The notes beneath the pieces are model-generated. The model did not search any database. It had not been told where the DNA came from and saw only the letters and a list, made by a program, of their open reading frames with translations. 64,000 bases of DNA from Haliotis rubra (lineage: Eukaryota): contig NW_025766669.1 in assembly GCF_003918875.1 (NCBI RefSeq), forward strand, positions 558,001 to 622,000, in the 5' to 3' direction. The position numbers and the translations under genes were made by a program. Of the stretch, positions 13,335-27,329 are shown piece after piece; positions within the stretch are counted from its first letter, which is position 1, and each line of letters starts with the position of its first letter.

Positions 13335-13503
13335 GAGTGAGTGAGTGAATTTGGCTTTACTCTGCTTTTAGCAATATTCCAACAGTATCACAGCAGGGGA
13401 CACCAGAAATTGGCTTCACACATTGTATACATGTGGGGAATCGAACCTGGGTCTTTGGCGAGACAAACATGAACACTTTAACGAGTGGGCTACCCCACCA
13501 CCC
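13335..13503 (-). mobile_element. SINE family A
   Basis: Reverse complement of the consensus. Confidence 0.88.
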
Positions 13504-13618
13504 ATTTTTTTGTATATACAGGATGATGATGATGATGATGTATGGATGGCTTTAGTCTAGAGTGAATTCTTTTGCAACAGTAAACATACTATTCTTAAGA
13601 TACGTTTGTATTCTTCAG

Positions 13619-13721
13619 GAAAACCTCTTGGGAACATCTGTGATCCATATCATCCACCCTGAGGATATGACAGAGCTGTCGAAGCAGTTTAAGGTCTCTG
13701 TATCCAACAAAACAGCTGATG
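13619..13721 (+). CDS. bHLH-PAS gene, PAS-A exon
   Basis: ttcttcAG acceptor, phase 0. Encodes ENLLGTSVIHIIHPEDMTELSKQFKVSVSNKTAD (G.S....IHP.D motif). G|GTAAG donor. Confidence 0.93.
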
Positions 13722-13949
13722 GTAAGAAAGACATACATTTTGATATGTAGTATATATTTCACCTTCTAGACATTCGTATTAAAAACTGAGAATTCAAAAT
13801 CTGTTTCGGACACAAACTATGCTTTGAATTTTGAAGTAGTGTACCTGTAGATGCACAAGCATGTGTAGTACTGATTATCCAGTGAGAAGTCTTAAAATAT
13901 ATTGTATGTAAAGAATCATGTTAACTTTTTCTTTTTCCTGACAATTCAG

Positions 13950-14062
13950 CCTCTGCAAACGTCCAGAACATTCTCCAATCAGAACAGAAATGCTCTTTCC
14001 TTTTACGGATGAAGTTTCAATTCTCTAGGAATGATGAGAGGAGTCGTCAGACAGGCTACATG
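13950..14062 (+). CDS. bHLH-PAS gene, PAS-A exon
   Basis: Pyrimidine tract plus cAG, phase 1. Encodes ASANVQNILQSEQKCSFLLRMKFQFSRNDERSRQTGYM (SF..RMK...GY motif). GTATGT donor. Confidence 0.9.
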
Positions 14063-14114
14063 GTATGTTTCTTTTTGTGTGTTTGCATGAAGGTTTTGTG
14101 ACATATAGCAATAA

Positions 14115-17015
14115 TCACACACATCTCCCTGACATCCAATACACATTAACACAAGACACACTGTCACACAAATCTGCCTGACATTTGATAAGTGTTTACA
14201 CCCAAGATACACAGTCACACACATCTCCCTGACATCTAATACACATTAACACAAGAAGCACACATCTCCCTGACATCCAATACACATTAACACAAGACAC
14301 ACTGTCACACAAATCTCCCTGACATTTGATACGTGTTTACACCCAAGATACACAGTCACACACATCTCCCTGACATCTAATACACATTAACACAAGAAGC
14401 ACACATCTCCCTGACATCCAATACACATTAACACAAGACACACTGTCACACAAATCTCCTGACATTTGATCGTGTTTACACCCAAGATATACAGTCCACA
14501 CATCTCCCTGACATCTAATACACATTAACACAAGAAGCACACATCTCCCTGACATCCAATACACATTAACACACAATATACACACAGATCACCTTGACAT
14601 CCAATACACATAAACACACACAAGACACACACATTTCTTTGACATCCACTACTCATTAACACACAAGACACACATCTCATTGACATCCAATACACATTAA
14701 CACACAAGACACACACATCTCCCTTTCATCCAATACACATTAACACAAGACATACACATCTCCCTGACATCCAATACACATTAACACACAAGACACACAC
14801 ATCTCCCTTACATCCAATACACATTAACACACAAGACATACACATCTCCCTGACATCCAATACACATTAACACACAAGACATACACATCTCCCTGACATC
14901 CAATACACATTAACACACAACACACACACACATATCCCTGACATCCAATACACATTAACACAAGACACACACATCACCCTGACATCCAATACACATTAAC
15001 ATAAGACACACATCTCCTGACATCCAATACACATTAACACACAAGATACTGTCAGACACATCTCCCTGACATCCAATACACATTAACACACAAGACACCC
15101 ACATTAACAAGACACACTTAACACATCTCCCCTGACATCCAATACACACAAAACACACACTGTCAGACACATCTCCCTTAAGACATTAACACAAGACACA
15201 CTGCCATACACATCTCCCTGACATCCAATACACATTAACACACACGACACACTGTCAGACACATCTCCCTGACATCCAGTGCACATTAACACAAAACACA
15301 CACTGTCAGACACATCTCCCTGACTTTCAATACACATTAACACAAAACACTAGAGCTGTGTATCATGGCCTAACTGGCGAGACGATATATCCCGATACCA
15401 GTTTAATGAGGCGAGACGATATATCATGAAAGTATTGGCAAGGACCATGCGAGATGGTGGCGATATGATACATATCGCGATACTTTACAATTTCTGAAAA
15501 CAGAACAGATATGATAGACAAAATGACGTTAACTTGTTAATTTGTTATTCAGCAGAATGTGTTACATTCACACACACTTAAAAAGCTGTTCATCTAATAA
15601 AGTTTCAGCTTTTAATGCTTAAGAAAGTACAGTCAAACATATTCAGTATACTAGGATCTAATAAAAATAAATTTGAAACTGAAGTTTCCCTTGGGAAGTT
15701 GTGTTTCTACACCAGTGCTTTCACAAACAATTCAATGTAATTAATATCAGAATTCAGAATCACTGAAAAAAACAACTTTAGTCTGCTTTCTAAACTTTAT
15801 CTTACCCTTGTTCTCCCTCTTAACAAAGCTTAGACATCGTTCATAGTTGTTAAACAACTAAAACATATTTCAAATACTTGAAGACAAGTATTCTACAGTT
15901 CACAGAGTTTGAAAAATGTTTACACTCTTTCACGTATACACCAACTCCTTTGTCCATGTAACAAAGATAGCAGATACAAACAAATTCCTATAAGGTTCAA
16001 TTTCTTTTTAAAATTCAGAAGAATTTCAAACGGACTCCCTTCCTATTCCTAATGCAATAGGCCTACTCCTTACAAATTTCAGCTGAGCACAATTTGAAAG
16101 AATAAAGCCTTAAACAATACAAACCTACAAATACTGGATACAGAATAAAACCCTTTCTTCAAAGATATCAGATTACTTGTCATAAAAATTACAGTTGATT
16201 GGATATCACAAAATCAGAATGAGGTAAAAACAAAATCAAATTTTCTTTGGGTATAGAATGTGAATGAATATATCTTTGGTCAAATTAAATAATCAATGGG
16301 ATTTAGATGAAAAGTTAGTAAATTAAGTACATAAACCGAAATTTGAGGAACAAACAAAAAGCAGTCTGTAGAAAGGGTGGTTGGCTTATCTTCGGGTTAC
16401 GTTTTCGTCCAAAAAATGTTCAGGGGGAAAGAAAACGACATTGTATCACTTCGCGTGAACGAACAAGAGAAGATTTTTTCAGTAAAGACGTCAAATTTGC
16501 CATTAAACATCACCAGACATAATGTACAAAACATACCATTTTGAAACTGATTTTAAGGGTCAAGTTAGGGGGGTCAGGTTACCTATGAGATCGGCTTATG
16601 TACGGTAATATGCTACTTAAGCAGTATCTCTTGTGGCGATACATCAATGTATCATGGACCCTTGTGATATAAATATCCTGATATTATGCCTAAAAGTGTT
16701 TTGTATCAATGCACCCGTATCTCGTAATTAACGATGCAAACATCGATACTATCAATAAGTCGTTACACCACTAATTAGCACACAAGACACACACATCTTG
16801 ACATCCAATACGCATTACCGCAAGACACACACACATCTCCCTGACATCCAATACACATTAACACAGAAGACACACACATCTCCTTGGCACCCAATACACA
16901 TTAACACAAGACACACTGTCACACACATCTCCCTGACATCCAAAACACATTAACACACAAGACACACACACACATCTTGCCACACTATCAAACTGACAAC
17001 ACACACAAGACATAC
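14115..17015. repeat. CA-rich ~37-45-bp satellite (acacatctccctgacatccaatacacattaacacaagac), split by the element at 15351-16773
   Basis: Tandem units at 14115-15350 and 16775-17015. Confidence 0.93.
15351..16773. mobile_element. Non-autonomous hAT-like DNA transposon inserted in a satellite array
   Basis: Ends TAGAGCTGTG...TACACCACTA with subterminal CGATA/TATCG clusters at both ends. The satellite resumes on both sides. No clean 8-bp TSD. Confidence 0.7.
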
Positions 17016-18137
17016 AAGACATGTTGCTACCCCTGGCCTTTTCCCAATATGGCTTCAAGTTACTCGTTTATACATAGAAGAATCACAAGTAAGATGTATT
17101 TGTTTATGTCCAAGGAACCTGAGAGGGTTTGTTTGGTAATTAAGCTTGCATGCACACACAACCACAACCACACTCCAAGTTGCGTAACTTGCTTGATTGA
17201 GTGTGTGCCTTAGCAAATGCCCTCTTCTATATGTAATTAACCTCTGCCCCACCAGGGGGTGCTCAGTGTTATCTGATCGGTATTGTCCCCAGCTGATACC
17301 GCAGTCACTTGCATCCAGTTGTGTTACATGTGTTACACACCCATTACCATCACCGCTCACTCTCTCTTCATCATTTCAAAGATACAGAGACGGAAATAAA
17401 AGCTAAATGTATTTAAACAGAAACATATCAAATGGGACTTTCTTTAAGATGAAGTGTGAGAATGTTAAACATGGTTCTGTAAGAAGGTTCTCCAGTAAAT
17501 GGATTTATTGACTTGCTGCTGTTGAAATGTTTGCAGGTGGGTTCGCTGAGTAGCCATTTTGTTGATAGTTATGAAACTTGTAATATAAAGCTTTTCTTGA
17601 AGGTTCTCCAGAAGAACTATTGATTTCTTTTTTATTTGTTCTTTGTACATTATCTGTGGCAGGCAGGAGACCTTTTGATATATCTGTAAACTGTATGTTC
17701 ATTTCTGTTTGTTCTTTATTTATTGTCTGTAATGTATGGGGCAAAATTTCAATATCTATGAAATGTCTATTTCTTTTCTTTTTCTTTGTTATTAATCATC
17801 TTTGATGGACAGGTAGTCTGTGATACAGACCCTGAAACGAACATATCCAAGAAAGCCCATGCAAGTCTAGATTATGTGGCAAGTCTAGATTTCCACAGTT
17901 TGTGAAAATGAAGAAAGTCTCTGGGCTCCTTTTCATTATATTTTGTGATTATAGTTTATACTGTTTTTTTTCTGTAAAATATGTTGATTTCAGAGACTAG
18001 ATGTTAGTCTAATGGACAGAGTTTAATTTCAAATGTCTATCAACAAATTCTTTTCCATCTGTTTTTGACTAGTTATATTTGACTTCAGTGAATCGTATGA
18101 AATATTTACAAACTGTGTATTCGTATTTGTTGTGTAG

Positions 18138-18322
18138 CTAGTACAGTGGACGGGCCGGCTGAGGTTGCGGCCCTCCAGGAAGGCGTGTGGCTATGCCATC
18201 GAAGGCCTGGTGTGCATGTGTCAGCCCCTACAGACCAACTCCATCCTGGAGATCAGGATGGGAGGAAGCATGTTCATCAGTAGACATGACCTTGGAATGA
18301 GGTTTACGTACTGTGATCCCAG
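18138..18322 (+). CDS. bHLH-PAS gene, PAS-A end / PAS-B start exon
   Basis: Phase 0. Encodes LVQWTGRLRLRPSRKACGYAIEGLVCMCQPLQTNSILEIRMGGSMFISRHDLGMRFTYCDPR, comparable to HIF-alpha FLSRHSLDMKFSYCDER. AG|GTACGT donor. Confidence 0.93.
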
Positions 18323-18394
18323 GTACGTCAGCACTTACTTCTCACGTCATGCATGGTGTTCATATAATGTAGCTCTCGCTCGCTTGCTCACTCA

Positions 18395-18548
18395 NNNNNN
18401 NNNNNNNNNNNNNNNNNNNNNNNNNNNNNNNNNNNNNNNNNNNNNNNNNNNNNNNNNNNNNNNNNNNNNNNNNNNNNNNNNNNNNNNNNNNNNNNNNNNN
18501 NNNNNNNNNNNNNNNNNNNNNNNNNNNNNNNNNNNNNNNNNNNNNNNN
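18395..18548. other. Assembly gap (154 N)
   Basis: Run of N. Confidence 1.
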
Positions 18549-18561
18549 TAATAACCTGTAT

Positions 18562-19205
18562 GTGTAGGATAAAGCACTCCTCTTCGGTTATGGTTGGAAA
18601 AGTAAGACCCGAGACCGGAGGGCGGGGAGAAGTAAGACCGAGAGCGCGAAGCGCTGAAGGTCTTACTTCTCTCCACCCTATGGTCGAGGGCTTACTTTCC
18701 CAACCATAACCGAGGAGGAGTGCTTTATTATACATATAAACCGTCAATGATGGATAATTAGATGATCATGTAATGAAGCTACATAACAGTAACTGAAGCG
18801 CTAGTAAAATCAATTGAATGACAGTAGGCCTAACTATAAATAGATAATTCAACCCTTGTTCTTTGTCGGCCCGGTGGCTGTGAGGTAGAGCGTCCGCTTA
18901 TGAATCTGAAATATATGGTTCCAATCCTGCTAGGGAAAACATTTGCACATTTAAGTTGATCTTTGACTATATTTTTCAATTGATTTCAAACACTAACATA
19001 TCATCTGAATTTGAATGTTGATGTTAATATAGAGTTAGGAAAAAGTAAAACCTGGGAAGATGTCTTACTTACAAAAAGTAAAACCGGGAAATAGGTCTTA
19101 CTTACGAAAAGTAAAACCTGGGAGCAAACAAAAACCTCAAATGCGGTAATTCCGGGAAAAGAAGCCATGTCTAATATATAGTGAGAAGCAGCCTTCAGGT
19201 TTATA
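18562..19205. mobile_element. Non-autonomous element with a 160-bp terminal palindrome (Crypton-like)
   Basis: Palindrome 18569-18728 centred on AGCGCGAAGCGCT. AAGTAA(G/A)ACC motifs recur at 19040-19120. The element interrupts the 46-bp minisatellite. Confidence 0.6.
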
Positions 19206-19745
19206 TGATTGAGATATTACATCCTGGCCAACTGAGACATAATAACCTGTATGATTGAGATATTACATCCTGGCCAACTGAGACATAATAACCTGTATGA
19301 TTGAGATATTACATCCTGGCCAACTGAGACATAATAACCTGTATGATTGAGATATTACATCCTGGCCAACTGAGACGTAATAACCTGTATGATTGATCTG
19401 TACGATTGAGATATTACATCCTGACCAACGGAGACATTGAGATATTACATCCTGACCAACTGAGACATAATAACCTGTATGATTGAGAAATGTTATCCTG
19501 GCCAACTGAGAGATATTACATAATAACCTGATGAGAAATATGATTGGACAACTGAGACATAATAACCTGTATGATTGCGATATTATATCCTGGCCACATC
19601 CAGGACAACTGAGATGTAATAACCTGTAATGATTGAGATATTACATCCAGGACAACTGAGACGTAATAATCTGTATGATTGAGATATTACATCCAGGACA
19701 ACTGAGATGTAATAACCTGTACGATTGAGATATTACATCCAGGAC
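19206..19745. repeat. 46-bp minisatellite
   Basis: Unit tgattgagatattacatcctggccaactgagacataataacctgta. Confidence 0.93.
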
Positions 19746-21113
19746 AAAGGGGACTAACACTAAACATCACCCATATTAATAATACAGAAGTTGTATGTCC
19801 ATAGAACCCTCCCTATTGTTCATCACTCCAACTTCTAAATGCCACTCAAAGAGGTACATCCTGAACAATTGAGATGTAATAGCCTTTGAAAATGTGATAT
19901 TACAGCCTCGACAATTAAGATATAAGAGTTGTTTTACACTGCAGTCTGCATCAGTTATATCGGAGAGGCCTGGAAATATTCCAGTAGGGGTCTGTCAAAC
20001 TAGTGGTTGATAGCACGAACACTAGGAAATGTAATTGATTTTTTAATACTTGTAGGCAAGGGTTGTTGTTTTAGATATTTTCTTGACAGGGATTAACCAC
20101 AGATCAGATATTTAACTACCTTATTCCAGGTCGGTTGTCATGTCAGGCATGCATCATGTATTTTATACCCAGATGAACCCTGCTGTCCCGAACTCAGATG
20201 TGTTGAATCCCTGGTTGCATCACGCTTAAAACCAACCCCAGCAAAACCTTACTAAACTTGTCAAACTGGATGTGTCAAGATCCTGGTCATCTTCAACTCA
20301 ATCTATGGTCCCAGCGTCAAAAATAAGTTTTCATTTTCCCTGATAAGTTAAATTTAATTTTGTTGTTAAAGCCCAAGTAGATATCTAATGTATGTCATAA
20401 AGAATCAGAGAGCCTATTTTATCCCACATGTTGATTAAAATGGATTGGTTATTAAAGATTATAAATAGTTAGTGTATGATACAACAGATGGTGTTCACAC
20501 TATCATCCATCTGCTCTGAGTACACCATAGAAATAGCATATTGAGACTGGGTACCAAATGGTCAGCTGAAGTTTCTGTATCTCTCTGTAGCATCCTTTAT
20601 GTAATCTCTTATCTAAACTAATAACACTTCCAAGACACACACTAGCAGTAGTCTATCTCACAATCCCTAATCATATTATTTTCCCTTTTGCCTAGCTTTA
20701 TCTTTAATGCAAAAGCCTGTGTGATTTCCTTAGCTTTAGTCTTCACCTCACTGGGGATCCTTTTCAAATTTAAATTCATTTTTCTCTCGGACTGAGCATG
20801 AGTCTAACACAGCAGGTATACACCCGTGTGAGCTGCATCTATGTTAGAGCACCTGTCTACAACAGGTGAGCCAGACGATGATGGACGGTATAATGGAGGG
20901 CGTAAAGCAGATTTCTGTCATTGTGTTTTCAGAGATAAATCAGTGTAGGGACATATTCTTGTCAGTTTTGCTTGCTGTTTACTCACCAACAAGCATCCAG
21001 ATAGTGAGTGTTTATGTGAGAAATGCTCCTATGTGTCTGTGTGTTCCTTTATTTTTCTGTCAATGAGTTTTGTGTTTCTGTACAAGCAGCATCCTTGTTG
21101 TCTTGATGTTTGG

Positions 21114-21116
<3 letters not shown>

Positions 21117-21197
<81 letters not shown>
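21117..21197. repeat. (TG)n microsatellite, about 40 units
   Basis: Perfect TG run. Confidence 0.98.
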
Positions 21198-21199
<2 letters not shown>

Positions 21200-21276
21200 A
21201 TGTGTGATTAGATCTTGAATGTGTGAATATTTATTAAAAGTGAGTATATATTATATGTGAGTAAATGTGAGTGAAT

Positions 21277-24200
21277 GTGTGTAAGATGAGTACATCTTGA
21301 GTGTCAAGATGGGTACATTTCCTGTGTGTAAGATGGGTACATTTCCTGTGTGTAAGATGGGTACATCTTGAGTGTAAGATGGGTACATTTCCTGTGTGTA
21401 AGATGGGTACATTTCCTGTGTGTAAGATGGGTACATTTCCTGTGTGTAAGATGGGTACATTTCCTGTGTGTAAGATGGGTACATCTTGAGTGTAAGATGT
21501 GTAGATTTCCTGTGTGTAAGATAAGTACATTTGCTGTTTGTAAGATGGGTACATTTCCTGTGTGTAAGATGAGCACATCTTGAGTGTAAGATGGGTACAT
21601 TTCCTGTGTGTAAGATGAGTACATTTCCTGTCTGTAAGATGAGTACATCTTGAGTGTAAGATGAGTACATTTCCTGTGTGTAAGATGAGCACATCTTGAG
21701 TGTAAGATGGGTACATTTCCTGTGTGTAAGATGAGTACATTTCCTGTGTGTAACATGGGTACATTTCCTGTGTGTAAGATGGGTACATTTCCTGTGTGTA
21801 AGATGGGTACATCTTGAGTGTAAGATGTGTAGATTTCCTGTGTGTAAGATAAGTACATTTGCTGTTTGTAAGATGGGTACATTTCCTGTGTGTAAGATGA
21901 GCACATCTTGAGTGTAAGATGGGTACATTTCCTGTGTGTAAGATGGGTACATTTCCTGTGTGTAAGATGAGTACATTTCCTGTCTGTAAGATGAGTACAT
22001 CTTGAGTGTAAGATAAGTACATTTCCTGTGTGTAAAATGAGCACATCTTGAGTGTAAGATGGGTACTTTTCCTGTGTGTAAGATGAGTACATTTCCTGTG
22101 TGTAAGATGGGTACATTTCCTTTGTGTAAGATGGGTACATTTCCTGTGTGTAAGATGAGTACATTTCCTGTGTGTAAGATGAGTACATCTTGAGTGTAAG
22201 ATTGGTACATTTGCTGTTTGTAAGATGGGTACATTTCCAGTCTGTAAGATGGGTACATTTCCTGAGTGTAAGATGGGTACATTTCCTGTCTGTAAGATGG
22301 GTACATTTCCTGTGTGTAAGATGGGTACATTTCCTGTGTGTAAGATGAGTACATTTCCTGTGTGTAAGATGAGTACATCTTAAGTGTAAGATGGGTACAT
22401 TTCCTGTGTGTAAGATGAGTACATTTCCTGAGTGTAAGATGGGTACATTTCCTGTGTTTAAGATGAATACATTTCCTGTGTGTAAGATGAGCACATCTTG
22501 AGTGTAAGATGGGTACATTTCCTGTGTGTAAGATGGGTACATTTCCTGTGTGTAAGATGGGAACATTTCCTGTGTGTAAGATGAGTACATTTTGAGTGTA
22601 AGATGAGTACATTTCCTGTGTGTAAGATGAGTACATTTCCTGTGTGTAAGATGTGTTTATGTTCTGTGTAAGATGGCTACATTATCTGTTTGTAAGATGG
22701 GTACATTTTCTGTGTGTGCAGATGGGTACATATCCTGTGTAAGATGAGTACATTTCCTGTGTGTAAGATGGGTACATTTCCTGTGTGTAAGATGAGCACA
22801 TCTTGAGTGTAAGATGGGTACATTTCCTGTGTGTAAGATGGGTACAGTTCCTGTGTGTAAGATGAGTACATTTGCTGTCTGTAAGATGAGTACATCTTGA
22901 GTGTAAGATGGGTACATTTCCCCTGTGTAAGATGAGCACATCTTGAGTGTAAGATGGGTACATTTCCTGTGTGTAACATGAGTACATTTCCTGTCTGTAA
23001 GATGGGTACATTTCCTATGTGTAAGATGGGTACATTTCCTGTGTGTAAGATGAGTACATTTCCTGTGTGTAAGATGAGTACATCTTGAGTGTAAGATTGG
23101 TACATTTGCTGTTTGTAAGATGGGTACATTTCCAGTCTGTAAGATGGGTACATTTCCTGAGTGTAAGATGGGTACATTTCCTGTGTGTAAGATGGGTACA
23201 TTTCCTGTGTGTAAGATGAGTACATTTCCTGTGTGTAAGATGAGTACGTTTCCTGTGTGTAAGATGAGTACATTTTCTGTGTGTAAGATGGGTACATTTT
23301 CTGTGTGTAAGATGAGTACATTTCCTGTGTGTAAAATGGGTACATTTCCTGTGTTTAAGATGAATACATTTCCTGTGGGTAAGATGAGCACATCTTGAGT
23401 GTAAGATGGGTACATTTCCTGTGTGTAAGATGGGAACATTTCCTGTGTGTAAGATGAGTACATTTTGAGTGTAAGATGAGTACATTTCCTGTGTGTAAGA
23501 TGAGCACATCTTGAGTGTAAGACGGGTACATTTCGTGTGTGTAAATTGGGTACATTTTCTGTGTGTAAGATGGTCCATTTCCTGTTTGTAAGATGGGTAC
23601 ATTTCCTGTTTGTAAGATGGGTACATTTCCTGTGTGTAAGATGAGCACATCTTGAGTGTAAGATGGGTACATTTCCTGTGTGTAAATTGGGTACATTTTC
23701 TGTGTGTAAGATGGTCCATTTCCTGTTTGTAAGATGGGTACATTTCCTGTTTGTAAGATGGGTACATTTCCTGTGTGTAAGATGAGCACATCTTGAGTGT
23801 AAGATGAGTACATTTCCTGTGTGTAAGATGAGTACATCTTGAGTGTAAGATGGGTACATTTCCTGTGTGTAAGATGAGTACATTTCCTGTGTGTAAGATG
23901 AGCACATCTTGAGTGTAAGATGGGTACATTTCCTGTGTGTAAGATGAATACATTTTCTGTGTAAGATGAGTACATTTCCTGTGTGTAAGATGAGTTCATT
24001 TCCTGTGTGTAAGATGAGTACATTTTCTGTTTGTGTAAGACGGGTACATTTCGTGTGTGTAAGATGGGTACATTTTCTCTGTGTGTAAGATGGGTGCATT
24101 TCCTGTGTGTAAGATGAGTACATTTCCTGTGTGTAAGATGAGTACATTTTCTGTGTGTAATATGAGTACATTTCCTGTGTGTAAGATAAGTACATTTCCT

Positions 24201-25330
24201 GTGTGTAAGATGGGTACATTTTCTCTGTGTGTAAGATTGGTACATTTCCTGTGTGTAAGATGGGTACATTTTCTCTGTGTGTAAGATGGGTACATTTCCT
24301 GTGTGTAAGATGGGTACATTTCCTGTGTGTAATATGGGTACATTTCCTGTGTGTAAGATGAGTACATTTTCTGTGTGTAAGATGAGTACATTTCCTGTGT
24401 GTAAGATGAGTACATTTTCTCTGTGTGTAAAATGGGTACATTTCCTGTGTGTAAGATGGGTACATTTCCTGTGTGTAATATGGGTACATTTCCTGTGTGT
24501 AAGATGAGTACATTTTCTGTGTGTAAGATGGGTACATTTCCTGTCTGTATGATGAGTACATTTTCTCTATGTGTAAAATGGGTACATTTCCTGTGTGTAA
24601 GATGGGTACATTTCCTGTGTGTAATATGGGTACATTTCCTGTGTGTAAGATGAGTACATTTTCTGTGTGTAAGATGGGTACATTTCCTGTCTGTATGATG
24701 AGTACATTTTCTCTATGTGTAAAATGGGTACATTTCCTGTGTGGAAGATGGATGCATTTTCTCTGTGTGTAAGATGGGTACATTTTCTTTTTGTAAGAAG
24801 AGTACATTTCCTGTGTGTAAGATGAGTACATCTTCTGTGTGTAAGATGAGTACATTTCCTGGGTGTAAGATGAGTACATTTCCTGTGTGTAAGATGTTTT
24901 TATGTTCTGTGTAAGATGGGTACATTATCTGTTTGTAAGATGGGTACATTTTCTGTGTGTGCAGATGGGTACATATCCTGTGTAAGATGAGTACATTTCC
25001 TGTGTGTAAGATGGGTACATTGTGAGTGGAAGATGGGTACATTTCCTGTGTGTAAGATGAGTATATTTTCGGTATGTAAGATGAGTACATCTTGAGTGTA
25101 AGATGGGTACATTTCCTGTGTGTAAGATGGGTACATTGTGAGTGTAAGATGGGTACATTTCCTGTGTGTAAGATGGGTACATTTTCTGTGTGTAAGATGG
25201 ATAAATTTTCTGTGTAAGATGAGTACATTTCCCGTGTGTAAGATGGGTAGATTTTCTGTGTGTAAGATGAGTACATTTTCTGTGTGTAAGATTGGTACAT
25301 TTTCTCTGTGTGTATGTGTGTAAGATGAGG
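21277..25330. repeat. 4-kb satellite of 24-bp (gtgtaagatgggtacatttcctgt) and 22-bp (gtgtaagatgagcacatcttga) units
   Basis: Direct inspection. Source of the MYPSYTQE/HTGNVPIL ORFs. Confidence 0.97.
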
Positions 25331-26274
25331 ACAGATGACAGAGAGGGAGAGCTGTAATGTGTCTCACTGTATGTATTGTGTGTTATGAGTGTTGTGTAAC
25401 AAGAATGCAAGGTGTGTAGGGTGAAATGACCACCTTAATGTTTGTCATGAGTGTGTCTCAGTATGTGTGAATCCTGTCTAGCATAACAAGAACACACAGT
25501 GATGTGTGTGACATGTTTCTGTATGACACATGTGCATAGTGATGAGGAAAGCTGAGAGAGGCTAGACCCATGTAAATCTCCATCATACGTGGCAGTGTGT
25601 GGCAATCTTCACTAACATTACAGATGAGATCAAGTGATAACATTCACTGGGGATGAGCCCAGACAAGCAGACGTCATTTCCACACAATAGATCACCATAT
25701 TACCTCTCCTACGATCACAATAAATGTAACATTCCACGAGCAGCATGACAGTAAATTAGTAGTTTCTTCATCAAACCAGACCTTGAGACATATTGCCAGA
25801 ACACATGCATGAATCCATGCTTGTTTTCTAGCATCAGCAAAACCAAATCCACAGTGTATTCTAATGACTGAGGCACATTTCTGTTTGTTCTTTGATGAGG
25901 TAACAGTCAGGGTATAAATACACACTGTCAGCATGTACCTGACAAGTGGCTATAGAAGTGAAACCGCAAGGGATATAAAACAAATCCTGCTTCTTCAATA
26001 TCAGCCAGTTTCTCTAGCTGTCAAGACACTGCTCCTGACAGAACTACCGATGTTGAAACACAAATGATATATATCAGATGATGTTCCTTGGTATCAGCAG
26101 TTCTGCTCACTTTATAGCATATCTGAAGGTGTGGATAGGATTCTTGTAGCAAAACAATGTGGCTATTTTGGTCCTGTGGAAAGAACATTTTTATACAGAT
26201 TATCCCAGATTTTGAAAAGGGGATGTACATGACCATAGTAGCAAAGTGGCTAAGAACAGGAATTGTAGGATCAG

Positions 26275-26397
26275 GGTCTCCTTTCACAAAGCACAAAGGT
26301 GATCGATCGTAAGTCACTAAGGTAACCTTAGTGCAGTGTTAAAGAATGGGAGTTAAGGTTAACCTTAGTAAAGGTTGCTTCGTGAAAACAGCCCCAG
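26275..26397. mobile_element. Small palindromic MITE remnant
   Basis: tttcacaaagca...tgcttcgtgaaa termini. Internal ctaaggtaaccttag and taaggttaacctta palindromes. Confidence 0.5.
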
Positions 26398-26916
26398 GAC
26401 ATGAAGGATGTCTTAAAATGATGGTCTGTGTCCCATGGATCTTTTCAGGGATAGGAATTTTCCACGAATTCCTCGGATTTGATCGCGATGGGGTCATTGA
26501 ATCTGTCATGGGGGCCTACGGCTCCCAACATCCCCAGCTCATTTTCCTCTTTTCTTCACTCATAGCCATTCTCATCCCTGCCTTTTTTTAATGCCCAAGT
26601 GTTTTGTAATGTGTAAAATTTATTTATTCTGCTATATGAATCTTTTCTATATATCAAGGAACAATGTAGGACTCTGTACAACAGTCCAAAAATAGATTGT
26701 TGTGTTAAGGAATCAGCCTTTTGTCTTTATGGAGCAACACTGCAGTGGAAAGACAAAAGCTGTGCATCAGACAATCTCAGTTTATATAGGAAACACATGT
26801 CGGTTTTGGTACTGCACAGCTGAAGTTGGGGTTTAATAATCACTGTATGTTGTTTGATTACTTATAACAGGTTTAATTTACTGGACACATTGAGATTCTA
26901 AATATTTCTGTCACAG

Positions 26917-27023
26917 AATCATCACATTGATTGGATACGAACCAAATGAGGTCATTGGCAAGACAGCATACTACTTTCACAATCCCCTGGATGCCCCGAA
27001 AATCAGTGACTGTCACTCCAACT
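26917..27023 (+). CDS. bHLH-PAS gene, PAS-B exon (not in ORF track)
   Basis: tcacAG acceptor, phase 2. Encodes IITLIGYEPNEVIGKTAYYFHNPLDAPKISDCHSN, comparable to HIF [31 protein letters not shown] donor. Confidence 0.93.
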
Positions 27024-27169
27024 GTAAGTATAACCTTAGGTATTGACCTCTAAATATCCAGGGGAGCTGGGGTTTTAGTTTGAGTCTGAATACATTTTCA
27101 ATCAGCACATCCATGACGTAACCTTTCTCTGAACGTCCAACCTGTACAGTGAACTACCTATGTATTTAA

Positions 27170-27329
27170 GGGGCGGTGGGGTAGCCTAGTGGTTAAAGCG
27201 TTCGCTTGTCATGCTGAAGACCTGGGTTTGATTTCCACTTGGGTACAATGTGTGAAACCCATTTCTGTTGTCCCCTGCCATGATATTGCTGGGATATTGC
27301 TAAAAGCGGCATAAAAAACAAACTCACTC
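27170..27329 (+). mobile_element. SINE family A
   Basis: A/B boxes, shared tail, tatgtattt direct repeat on both flanks. Confidence 0.88.

Noticed and set aside
18388-18747. ORFs running through X residues
   Set aside because: Artefacts of the N gap and the palindromic element.
21234-25410. Long ORFs up to 740 aa (MYPSYTQE/HTGNVPIL/THRKCTHL)
   Set aside because: These are translations of a 24-bp satellite, open in several frames at once, inside an intron.
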